Below, in pieces: positions 50,601-58,776 of a DNA stretch of 64,000 nucleotides. Every line of letters begins with the position of its first letter. Position 1 is the first letter of the stretch. The DNA comes from a virus, in IMG/VR virus record IMGVR_UViG_3300005573_001035, positions 64,001 to 128,000 of that record; one strand, written 5' to 3'. Both the position numbers and the translations under genes were made by a program. Under the pieces are notes generated by a model. The model made no database searches. It had not been told where the DNA came from and saw only the letters and a program-made list of their open reading frames with translations.

Positions 50601-51285
50601 TATATATCTCTGGTGTGGATGATCCAGGGGGGATAATAGAAACCTCTATACGTGAGGCCTGATCAGTTAGTGGAACCGAAATGCTCCAGAATTCATACGT
50701 TTGGATCTTTTCTTCTACTTGAAACTCATGGACTGTTTCTCGAACCTGTTCCACATCTACTAGGAAATGAAAGTACTTGACTCCAGTCTCTGAATTCGTT
50801 GAGTATCTGACAGGAATAGAATATATTCTATTTTGATCATGGACTTGAATAGATGCCGTATTGTTATTTGTCACGGTAATACGGCAAGAATACATAGAAA
50901 GAAACTCAACATTTGATGCATAGAATTTATGCTTTTCAGGAATAACGAAACTTATACTACTTCTACTAAACATAAAAGGAACGCTAAATAGAACCTTTGC
51001 CCTTGCCTTAGATGCTGGCTTGGGCGAATAACCAAGTAACAAAGCCAAGTTTCTTATGTTATCCGACGAAAGAGCCTTAGTAAGATAAAATTCTCGATAA
51101 GCAGACGTAGAATAAAAATTCAGGTTGCTAATAAGAACGGATATTATGTTGGTAAAGTACGCCAGAAAATTTGACTTGACCCAATCAATATTCTCAATTT
51201 CGTTCTGTTCTTTAAAGAAGTCAATTATCTGCTTTCTGATTCTATCTCTAGAAGAATAAACTAATCCATCAATTTTGTTTGCCAA
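47659..51285 (-). CDS. Baseplate wedge gp6-like protein with FN3 and Kelch-like extensions
   Basis: EFYLTKA...NLALLLGYSP, IYFGN..LGQQP, ETMGSAGNV and ASGGEDAE. FN3-like VTLFWDP and ISLSWNPVLGASLYKVQV. C-terminal xGG repeats. Confidence 0.8.
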   Translation of the reverse strand: MANKIDGLVYSSRDRIRKQIIDFFKEQNEIENIDWVKSNFLAYFTNIISVLISNLNFYSTSAYREFYLTKALSSDNIRNLALLLGYSPKPASKARAKVLFSVPFMFSRSSISFVIPEKHKFYASNVEFLSMYSCRITVTNNNTASIQVHDQNRIYSIPVRYSTNSETGVKYFHFLVDVEQVRETVHEFQVEEKIQTYEFWSISVPLTDQASRIEVSIIPPGSSTPEIYTEFYSLFLMSPYDRGYVVRRSGNNLKIYFGNSLLGQQPQPGSTVRVTVEETMGSAGNVIAGSIKSCDRIFVQDPVTQELQLLEFSITNPFPASGGEDAELPEITRRQAIDSITELSRLVTNLDFENMPSLLEDFPFSDSYVIAKTTPIHRNSVFCYLSSTCNYVDGTSSDSAWLPLRSVQIDITSKPSSLSQGSQIVALDDNDEYILPFDLSFDYVNGCCEYSYKVTDIEIELSPDSMQNFYPQEYALSVSKIHISRNQDGTVVIDAMYDTTEPTFNQTTATLFVKEWNKTLGSINFAGDKKFTILTPHYSYFPDGNLHFQLSIYLQGTQKLFTYSWDCIITMNLKTMMLSPIISPPPSPSLKDPVYNTQAKTVTLFWDPILDSKSKVSYCIYLSDSTSVSPQNYLSKYENIEETSVTIPLVPLVERYALITSKTPQNGETDLAVTPAQPTRLFLGLGRVENLQASVQVSDGSISLSWNPVLGASLYKVQVAEDPDFQTALNTYFIPDTSYIVRNKVKPQYIRVCAIYGQYIGEYSDTILVDPFQCNNFHLAQLSDMSATVSWQPTSVADGGVFFWLNYYAPQAKDQEDIVSFSLQSAKYAFIEDAGNLASGQETITPSFADPTYYSEIGRGRKQFVLGLSRETIRMVLSQNILVLDLDMLYTKFVHPGIQSSSSWNFTTYNLYTQSKTGTLASSGGTRYGLAATNKTYSDIVLLLGGSSDSSGTVSTTTGQKLNSNYVVSSGYPLLTATTKWAAAQMYSPGTNEIGFHCGGVGGSGTTTLSNISKIGIWSSSTAFGNLCLGARAGHAIACNFDYDSNPSFYILGGVSSVSPNLLYLSTCEKFVNNYTSVQQMGSLSLACITRSMSNRFSSYLLGALTGSSSWTYSYMDEISFATGEIASGLLQLSFLSSSQPYGLGAVSSSQASRSLDKGCGMVRKPVGTSNYVSSVFTIDFSSGSLTQQIADLDIDITGSLNPDACSM

Positions 51286-51428
51286 GTTCTATAACCCCTC
51301 TCTCATGTAAGTGAAAAGTCCTCTTCTCTCCCCTAATTGGAAATCAAAGGGGTGTGTGTTCCCGGTAGAAATATATATAAAGTTCTAGGTCAAAAAAATA
51401 TACAAAAAATAAATCTTTGTAAAGAATC

Positions 51429-52085
51429 TTAGACGTTTAGAAGGTAAAGACCAGAAACAGAATCGAATTTTCGATTTAGCTCTGAAACTACAGATTGGTT
51501 CTTGTCCATAATAACTAGTAAAGATTGGGCAATATCCAAAGGATACAACTTTTTAGTGTATTCTAGAAACATGTACACATCAGTAACCTGAGGTTGGATT
51601 TGCTCTTCAGTTATACTCTGTTCTGTTTCCGCCTTTAATTTTGTAAACGTAATGTTGGTTTGGGTAGAACGTTCTACACCAACAACCTTTAACAAGGGAT
51701 AATTAGCACCTTCTGGTTGTATTGGATGAATACAGTACGGTTTAACTAGATCAAAAACATAAGGCTCAAATCCAAACTCAGTCGGAATAACAAAACTGGT
51801 ATCTCCTCCCAGATCTTGGTATCCACTCTCTTCCGCAGACATCTGGGAATTGGTTTCCTCGATATAAAAAACAGGCACCAATAGGAACTTCTTCCATTTC
51901 AATCCTGATAAAGATCCAATCCTTTCATATGGCCCTGACATAAGAGACTGGTCTTCCCACACCGTCTTATCTATATCAATATTATAATACGTAACAAAGA
52001 AAGGAATGGCATGCTTTGCATAGTACTTATAGACTAGATAAAAATATTCTTCTATGTACTTGGAAATTGAATGGTATAGTTGCAA
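51429..52085 (-). CDS. Putative virion structural protein
   Basis: 218 aa ORF within the baseplate operon. Confidence 0.5.
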   Translation of the reverse strand: MQLYHSISKYIEEYFYLVYKYYAKHAIPFFVTYYNIDIDKTVWEDQSLMSGPYERIGSLSGLKWKKFLLVPVFYIEETNSQMSAEESGYQDLGGDTSFVIPTEFGFEPYVFDLVKPYCIHPIQPEGANYPLLKVVGVERSTQTNITFTKLKAETEQSITEEQIQPQVTDVYMFLEYTKKLYPLDIAQSLLVIMDKNQSVVSELNRKFDSVSGLYLLNV

Positions 52086-52124
52086 GTATCCAAGCTCCTT
52101 TACATAAAGAAAGAAAGAGTCTTG

Positions 52125-52709
52125 TTATTTCTTATTGAGTTGGTAAGAAAGTTTCTTAGAGGAAGATACTCCGGTTCCTCTTGAAATTCTTGCGACAACT
52201 GGGAGTAATTTCTTCCTAGATTTGTCTGCGAATTCCTGAATTACAAGCTTAGAAGATAGAGGAATAGAACTAACATCGAGTTTCGCAGAAAGACCAGAAA
52301 TATCATAGTTTATCTGGTTGCTTAGATCATATAAGTACTGGAGAACAAACTTGCCTTGTGGGAAAATTAAACTAACTCCCTTCACTTTGTATGAAACTGG
52401 GTCAACAGCCGGTCTCCATCTGTTAGGTATGGTATGCATTACGTCAAATCTATCTACTAATTGCATATCCTTTTGAGTAATCGCATAATCTATTAAGCCT
52501 GAGTGAGCAACAATGGGATTTACTATCAAGAGGCTACAGTAATAATAATTTGGGGAAGAAGATTGGCGACCGAGGACAGAAAGCGCTAAGGATCGTTCCT
52601 CTTGAGGGATAAACATTATTAACCTAGAAGCTACAACCTTCTTCTTAAAAAAGCCTTTTTGAATTTTTAGAAGAAAGATTCCGACCTCATCTATGTAAGT
52701 GGTTGCCAT
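52125..52709 (-). CDS. Hypothetical protein
   Basis: 194 aa ORF with a GGAGG RBS. Confidence 0.55.
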   Translation of the reverse strand: MATTYIDEVGIFLLKIQKGFFKKKVVASRLIMFIPQEERSLALSVLGRQSSSPNYYYCSLLIVNPIVAHSGLIDYAITQKDMQLVDRFDVMHTIPNRWRPAVDPVSYKVKGVSLIFPQGKFVLQYLYDLSNQINYDISGLSAKLDVSSIPLSSKLVIQEFADKSRKKLLPVVARISRGTGVSSSKKLSYQLNKK

Positions 52710-52736
52710 TGATGTATTTTTCCTCCGCTTACTTCT

Positions 52737-53177
52737 TTAAATTGTACCTTGCCTAATGAAATTAAAATAAGATTCCTCGGTAATAGCCACCTTTAGATCT
52801 TTAACTTGCTTTCTGTATTCCACCGTTATGGTCACAATGAAACCTTTCCGGTTAGGCAGATAAGAAATATCAATCTTAGAAATATTAGCCCTAGAATCGA
52901 AAGCCAGAAGAGAGTACTTAATTTCTTCTTCAATGGCTGAGCGAGTATCATCATCTGCTGGTTCAAATAGATATTTGTAAAGATTCGATCCAAAACTAGG
53001 ATCAAATAGGTACGTCCCCCTAGGGACAATTAATATGTTGCTCCATGAGGATAAGATGACATCTAGATCATTTATCTTTCTAAAGTCTCCAGATGGAGAA
53101 ATCTGGTGAACATAGTCAACGAGAATATCTTTACGACCAGCAACATTCTTTCTGAATCGATCTAGGTCTTTAATCAT
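52737..53177 (-). CDS. Baseplate wedge gp25-like (GPW/gp25) protein
   Basis: NILIVPRGTYLFDPSFGSNLYKYLFEP...FDSR motif. Confidence 0.9.
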   Translation of the reverse strand: MIKDLDRFRKNVAGRKDILVDYVHQISPSGDFRKINDLDVILSSWSNILIVPRGTYLFDPSFGSNLYKYLFEPADDDTRSAIEEEIKYSLLAFDSRANISKIDISYLPNRKGFIVTITVEYRKQVKDLKVAITEESYFNFIRQGTI

Positions 53178-53248
53178 GTTTGGTTCTTACTTTATGCCCT
53201 CTCTCTATCTTTTCTCAGATTGAGATTTTTGTATTTGCTTTCTAGTAT

Positions 53249-53494
53249 CTATGATGATAGACCCAATCTTTTGTACTTAAGATTAGAAGAGTCACTCAAA
53301 GCTTTTAGTTCTGCCTTTTCTCGTTCTTCGTCCAGCTTTACTTTCAATTGCAGGATATCGTAGAATCTCTTAACTGGCATTGCCATAATATCTTCGTAAG
53401 GTTGATGAAGGAGCTCCATCATTGCAAAGATATTCTCATTGAGAACTTTCAGGTAACTCATCACGGGGTTCACTTTCTTCGAGCCCCGACCCAA
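53249..53494 (-). CDS. gp51-like baseplate hub assembly protein, possibly a frameshift extension of the upstream gene
   Basis: IFAMMELLHQPYEDIMAMPVKRF resembles gp51 and tail-chaperone downstream domains. Overlaps the upstream ORF in the +1 frame. Confidence 0.65.
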   Translation of the reverse strand: MGRGSKKVNPVMSYLKVLNENIFAMMELLHQPYEDIMAMPVKRFYDILQLKVKLDEEREKAELKALSDSSNLKYKRLGLSS

Positions 53495-54314
53495 ATACCA
53501 TCCGAAAAAACTGTGAGACTAGATCAATATTCGATACTTGGATTTCCCCACAAGCTACACACTTGCTCCTAAATTTTAATTCGATTCCATACTTACCAAA
53601 TTCATCCTTGTATTTATTAAAGATAAGTTTTCTATCAGGACTGGGCAAAGAAATGTAAGCAGAAATAATATCTTCCCTTGCTGTGTACTCATCCGTGGAT
53701 CCAGAATCCAAAGTCTCCACGATTTTCTCTATAACAAGGGTTTCCGTTACTAGGTCTTCCATCATTTTATCAGGATAAGCATAATTCTTGGTTGCGTCTT
53801 CTTCCATGAAAATAGTTGGTTGTCTAAGAACGACAGTTATATTTGGACTGCTCGTTAATTGAACAGAAACCCTCTTTTGTAAGATACTCATCCCAGCCGC
53901 TTCAACAGGCTGGCCTACCTTAACATTCTCATTGTAAGGAGTCACAGAAAAGGCCTCAGCCAAATTAACAGAAACCGAATAATCTTTCCCGCAAGAAGTA
54001 CAAGTTAGGTCATAGTTCCTAATATCTCCATACGTCACATGATACAAACCATATAGAAGAGCATCTCGATCTTTCAAGGTAACGTTCTTCGTAAAAGCCG
54101 AGTAATCTCGAATATGATCTGGTTTCCTAACAATGCAATCCCAAAGAGTTCGGTTTAGAACTTCTACAAGTCGGTTTGGAAGTTTAAAACTTCCTTTTAA
54201 TCTCTCTTCATCCTGGACCGTCATTGTCCTCACTGAGAAAGTTTGAAGAGTTTGAGGAACAATGACATCATATTCTGGATATACAAGAGTTCTAAATCCT
54301 TTAAATAGCGGCAT
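53436..54314 (-). CDS. gp26-like baseplate hub assembly chaperone
   Basis: YPEYDV..P, VRTMTVQDE, DRDALL...TYG, CTSCG and CVACG Zn knuckles, and FF near the C-terminus. Confidence 0.75.
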   Translation of the reverse strand: MPLFKGFRTLVYPEYDVIVPQTLQTFSVRTMTVQDEERLKGSFKLPNRLVEVLNRTLWDCIVRKPDHIRDYSAFTKNVTLKDRDALLYGLYHVTYGDIRNYDLTCTSCGKDYSVSVNLAEAFSVTPYNENVKVGQPVEAAGMSILQKRVSVQLTSSPNITVVLRQPTIFMEEDATKNYAYPDKMMEDLVTETLVIEKIVETLDSGSTDEYTAREDIISAYISLPSPDRKLIFNKYKDEFGKYGIELKFRSKCVACGEIQVSNIDLVSQFFRMVFGSGLEESEPRDELPESSQ

Positions 54315-54368
54315 TTTTCTAGTTTCTCCTTTCTTCTTTATACAAAAATCGAAAAAAGAATCATCGTT

Positions 54369-54376
54369 TTTTGTTC
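54369..54376 (-). promoter_or_regulatory. GAACAAAA upstream motif
   Basis: About 55 nt upstream of the ATG at 54314. Confidence 0.45.
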
Positions 54377-54382
54377 ACACAG

Positions 54383-55648
54383 TTATTTCTTCTTTGATTT
54401 TGTTTTGGCTCGCCTAGCTTTATAGCCAGCAACTCGGCCCATAGAAGCACAGAAGGCCCAGGGATCGGACACTTTGTCTTTCATTTTACTGACACAGGTT
54501 CGAATCTTTCTTTTTCTACCTCTAGTCATTGTCATAAAGGCTTTCTTTACACTTTTCTTAGTCCACCCTCTAGGGAGACTCGACCAAGCTTTACTTTTCG
54601 CCTCTAGAACTTGAGACTCGCTTATCTCTTCTCCTTCCTCTTCCTTCGAAGCACCAGAAATCATATTCAGTAAGAATCGAAGCTTATCTTCAAGTCTTCT
54701 TCTTCTCGCCATCAGCATATGGGCGCATGGACGAGGAAGGTCTGATCCAGAACATAAAGACTCAGTTTTATTCAAGTAAGAAATCTTCTTTAATTGAATA
54801 CTAATATGTGCCTTTAAGATACATTCTGCTAGTGCATCTTCATCCTCTCCCGCAGACTCCTGGCAGGATCGATATAAGGGTTCAAGTTTAGAATCTAGTT
54901 CTTGGTAGCATTTGTAAAGAATAATTGTAAGAAGTGTTTGATAAGGAATCTTATCAGGATTCTTAATTAATAGAACCTTATCCGCTACGGTTTCAAAAGA
55001 ATTGGAAAAAGATTCAGACTTTATTCCGCTTTCAAACACTTCTTTGTTACCATCAATTATAGAACTTATTGTTTCTAGCAATGTTTTTCGATACTTCTTT
55101 AAAGCCGCAATTGATTCTGCTAGCTCAGACAGAGACTTTCTATACTTCTGGTCAGAAAGAACTTTCTTATCTTTTGACCTAAGTTTCCTAAACTGGTCTA
55201 GCAATCTTTCTTCTTCCCGAAGAGCTAAGCCTAGTTCCATGAACAAAGTGGCTTTGCTAAGCTTAAATCCGCCACCTAGTTTAACTTTTGAGAAGTTCAT
55301 AGACTCGGAAAGAAACTTCTTGCTCGTGCTTGCTCCATGTAAGCAGACCAAGTTTTCTCGTAGATTTAAGCTAGTTTTCTGGCCTATAACTTTTGAGTGT
55401 GCCTTAATAAAAGACTTAAATTTTTGCAAGATAGCTTCCTGCAACATATAAGATTCAGATAGAAAATCGATTGGAACTGGAATCTTCTTTCTACTCATAA
55501 GATAGTAAAGAATCTCAGCATCAGATGCATCTTCCAAAATGTACTTCTTCGCTTGTGGGTTCTTTGTTATATTAGAAAGAACAGATCTTGCCGTTACTAG
55601 AAATCGAATCGTTTCCTGAATTTTTTGCTTAGGACTTGTAGAACTCAT
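54383..55648 (-). CDS. Four-Cys family virion protein (divergent paralog with extra C-terminal domain)
   Basis: N-terminal ILEDASDAEIL domain, four-Cys helical domain, and extra WSSLPRGWT...C...AFCASM domain. Confidence 0.6.
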   Translation of the reverse strand: MSSTSPKQKIQETIRFLVTARSVLSNITKNPQAKKYILEDASDAEILYYLMSRKKIPVPIDFLSESYMLQEAILQKFKSFIKAHSKVIGQKTSLNLRENLVCLHGASTSKKFLSESMNFSKVKLGGGFKLSKATLFMELGLALREEERLLDQFRKLRSKDKKVLSDQKYRKSLSELAESIAALKKYRKTLLETISSIIDGNKEVFESGIKSESFSNSFETVADKVLLIKNPDKIPYQTLLTIILYKCYQELDSKLEPLYRSCQESAGEDEDALAECILKAHISIQLKKISYLNKTESLCSGSDLPRPCAHMLMARRRRLEDKLRFLLNMISGASKEEEGEEISESQVLEAKSKAWSSLPRGWTKKSVKKAFMTMTRGRKRKIRTCVSKMKDKVSDPWAFCASMGRVAGYKARRAKTKSKKK

Positions 55649-55694
55649 AGCTTTGTTTCCTCTCTTTCTTTAGTAAGAAGTAACTGGAAAATAG

Positions 55695-56711
55695 TTACAT
55701 TCCAGTTTGTATACGAATCTTATCTAATTGGAGCCTTGTTGCAGTTAGTTTCTTCATGGTTGAAACTATTTCTTTCTGAATCTTTGTTGAGCATGCGCTG
55801 GGATCTTTGGCTTTGGTACATTTAGGTAGCGAAGATCTAAGAGCATTAACTTGGTCCGTTAAGGCTCTAACTTTATATTCCTTTATGCATCGATCTGGAT
55901 CTGGGTTAGTCCTACATGCTTTGGCGGCTTGGGAAAACTTCTTCTCGTAGACATATTTTGCTATCTTCACAATAGCCGCAGCAACAGGTAGAGCAATTCC
56001 AACAGTTGTAAGTGTAGAAAGCGCTCCCCCTAAAGCCCCTACTGAAGCTCCAGAACCAACCAAAGCTTTGGCTAAGCCTCCAAGACCCCAAGCAGTCATT
56101 GCTTTTCCTGCGCCAGCCATAGCAATTGCACCTGGTTTTTGCTCAGGTGGGGCAGCCGCAGCAGCTAATTTTTGTTGCATTCCTGCCACTTGGGCCTTGA
56201 GTAATTGGATCTCCTTTTGCCCGTTTTGAATTTGTTTCTGTAAATCCTGGATTCTTGTATTAATGGCATCCTTCTCAGCTGGTCTCTTTGCCACTGCTAG
56301 CTGAGATTGAAGCTGGTTCTTTCTTGCCTCAAGTTGTTTAACCTCAGCTTGTTTCTTTTGGATAGCCGTCTGCTCCCGAAGTAATTTCCTAACTATTGGA
56401 TAATTGCGAGATGAAACCCCAAACAAAGAGGGTGGAATAAAAGATACCTCTTTTTCTTTTAGTAACTTAGAAAAAGGAGGAGAAAAAGATATAAATGATA
56501 GCAGAAATACTTCTTTTAGAGGTTCATTTTTAGACTTTTTTACTTGATCCAAAGACCCAGTTAAGTAGAATTCAAGAAGTTGTTGGTCTGAACATAAAGC
56601 AACGAACTCTCTAATTTTAGGGTTATGTTTATTCTTAACAAAAAGATACTTTCTTAATCCATACAATATAGCTGTAGTATATAGAAGAGATTTATTATCG
56701 GAATGTTCCAT
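55695..56711 (-). CDS. Four-Cys family virion protein with coiled coil and Gly/Ala hydrophobic segment
   Basis: SDQQLLE, LLREQ, and FSQAAKAC...C...C..AKDPSAC. Confidence 0.65.
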   Translation of the reverse strand: MEHSDNKSLLYTTAILYGLRKYLFVKNKHNPKIREFVALCSDQQLLEFYLTGSLDQVKKSKNEPLKEVFLLSFISFSPPFSKLLKEKEVSFIPPSLFGVSSRNYPIVRKLLREQTAIQKKQAEVKQLEARKNQLQSQLAVAKRPAEKDAINTRIQDLQKQIQNGQKEIQLLKAQVAGMQQKLAAAAAPPEQKPGAIAMAGAGKAMTAWGLGGLAKALVGSGASVGALGGALSTLTTVGIALPVAAAIVKIAKYVYEKKFSQAAKACRTNPDPDRCIKEYKVRALTDQVNALRSSLPKCTKAKDPSACSTKIQKEIVSTMKKLTATRLQLDKIRIQTGM

Positions 56712-56760
56712 TCTATCTCTTTGTCTCCCTTATATTTGTAAAAGAAAACTCGCTTTAACA

Positions 56761-56800
56761 AAAAAAGAAAGGGTAGAAATTCAGATTTTTCTACCCTTTT
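56761..56800 (-). terminator. Rho-independent terminator
   Basis: Perfect stem AAAGGGTAGAAA / TTTCTACCCTTT, followed by a U-tract on the minus strand. Confidence 0.75.
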
Positions 56801-56837
56801 CTTACTAAGAAAAAAACAAATAAGTGGAAAAAATACT

Positions 56838-57884
56838 TTACATCATTTTTCTCATCTTGTTTCTAATTTCTTTGATCTTAGCCTGAATTCTATTCGCACA
56901 CTTCTTAGAATTCCTAACCTTTCCACATATCGCTATGGATCGTCTTAACTGAGCCTCTCTCTTTCTTAAGGCATCCACCTTGTACTTCTTTATGCATATA
57001 GATTTCTCTGCGCCCTTCTTCCTAGAACATGCCTTTGCAGCTTCGCTAAAATAACGATCATATACCTTCTTGCTAGCATAGATAATAAGAGCTGCCAACG
57101 CCACTCCCGCAACCATGTAAGCAGCCGGACCCAAGGACCTAATCTTCGACACAATGTCATCGGGGTTTACTTGGGGAGAATTTCGGACAGCATCAATTAT
57201 GTCCTCCATACCCTGCCTGGCCTTAGCGGCATAGTCGGATACCATTTTCGAAATTTCGCTGCTGCTCTTACCCGCCTTAGCGCCTAGATTCGAAATAAAC
57301 TCTTTAGCACTAGAAACGGCACTACCAATGCTAGGAAGACCACCCTGTTCAGACAATAACGTCTTCGCATAATTAGCATACTCAATTCCAACACTGGGGT
57401 CAAAACTTAAAGATGCTTCTCGAATAAGCATAGCAGCCAGATCTTTTCGAATCCTCTTTTTAGTTTCGGATAACTTAGTAGGAGTTAAGTTGGGAAGTTT
57501 CTTTCCTCTCTTCTGAAAGAAGACTCTGGCTTCGCTAAGTTTCGAAGACAGACCAAAAGATCTCAAAGGAACCGCTGAGGATATAGTCTGAATAATTTCC
57601 TTTTTCTCCTTTCCCATCTCAGAAGGAAGAATTTGATTCAGAATATGAGATGCTTTCCTTGAGAACTCATCTAAAAGAATCAGCTCCCGAATATAGTTCT
57701 TATCATTTGGTACAATCTTGCCAGTTGTCACCATTTCAAGCAACTGGTAATCAGATAACTCATTTAGGACAAGATTTTGAACTTGTTTCTTTCCTCTTGG
57801 AGTTTTTGCTTTTTGTGAAAGATATGAAGCGAGCTCCTTCCTAACCAAAGTCAATAGAAGAAGATTTTCTTTAATTGCATTCAT
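56838..57884 (-). CDS. Four-Cys family virion protein (likely start MNAIKE after AAGGAGG)
   Basis: LNELSDYQLLEMV, LLSEQG, a hydrophobic helix, and FSEAAKAC...C...C...C. Confidence 0.7.
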   Translation of the reverse strand: MNAIKENLLLLTLVRKELASYLSQKAKTPRGKKQVQNLVLNELSDYQLLEMVTTGKIVPNDKNYIRELILLDEFSRKASHILNQILPSEMGKEKKEIIQTISSAVPLRSFGLSSKLSEARVFFQKRGKKLPNLTPTKLSETKKRIRKDLAAMLIREASLSFDPSVGIEYANYAKTLLSEQGGLPSIGSAVSSAKEFISNLGAKAGKSSSEISKMVSDYAAKARQGMEDIIDAVRNSPQVNPDDIVSKIRSLGPAAYMVAGVALAALIIYASKKVYDRYFSEAAKACSRKKGAEKSICIKKYKVDALRKREAQLRRSIAICGKVRNSKKCANRIQAKIKEIRNKMRKMM

Positions 57885-58234
57885 TACTAAATTTACCTCC
57901 TTACACATTTGTTAAAAAATTCTCTATCTTCAGACAGTTTTTTGTTAAGTTTTTTCTCTTAGTTGTCATGTCCTTTTATCCATTTCTCAGTAAATATTTT
58001 GGGGAAATTATCAGTCTGAGATCAATCCCCCTCTACCAACTACCATCTCTAAGATCTGGTAATCTGTGAGTTCATTAAGAATAGTATCCTGAAGTTTCTT
58101 CTTTTTAGTTCTAGCCTTTGGAAAAGAAGCTATAGATTCCAAAGAACGCTTCTAGCATGAGCTAGTAATAATAAAATTTCCTTATTAACATTAATGTGCA
58201 TTTTAGTTCTTTCCCCTTATCTCTTTTTCTTTGC

Positions 58235-58267
58235 AGGGAACCCGCCTTTCAAAAAGCAGGCTTCCCT
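58235..58267 (-). terminator. Possible imperfect hairpin terminator
   Basis: AGGGAA-CCCGC...GCAGG-CTTCCCT inverted repeat downstream of ORF 58304. No clear U-tract. Confidence 0.3.
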
Positions 58268-58303
58268 CAAGCAAAGTTAAAAATGCTAGTAGGATCTGCC
58301 ACC

Positions 58304-58776
58304 TTAGAAATTGCCAGAGAATGGTCTGTTTTCGGCCAATTTTTTGTTAAGTTTGTCTCTTAGTTTAGCTATCCTTTTATCAATTTCTCGGTTACACTTT
58401 GGGGGATTGTCAGTTCTCACGCATAGTTGTCTTGCTTTCTCAAGATCCTTGATTTGTTTCTGGAGTGTTTCAATCTCGTATTTCCTAACACAGCTTTCAT
58501 AAGCTCTTTTTGGCAGCCCCTCGCATTTTGACTTTTCTACAGCTCGAGTGATGCGTTTTACTCTCGAAATAATCCATATAACAAATGTTATATAAGCTGC
58601 AAGAGGAATAATATTAAGAAGTTCCGGATTATGCCTTATCACGTGAAAAACAACATCTATGCCTTGACCAGTTTGTTCTACAAGATCTTTCAGAAAATTG
58701 AATACACCCCCAACACCCTCTTGTTCTGCTAAAAGACTAGCCTCCTGAAGGGAGAAAAGGTCCTCACTTCCTAAAG
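58304..58776 (-). CDS. Four-Cys family module whose frame is open back to an A7 run and lacks an upstream start (frameshift continuation of 58764..59960)
   Basis: The upstream extension reads TLGSEDLFSLQEASLLAEQEGVGG...VIRHNPEL and contains the family LLAEQ motif. Confidence 0.6.

Noticed and set aside
57909-58300. Intergenic ~390 bp as a tRNA or ncRNA
   Set aside because: No cloverleaf or T-loop signature was found. Only an imperfect hairpin and AT-rich sequence are present.
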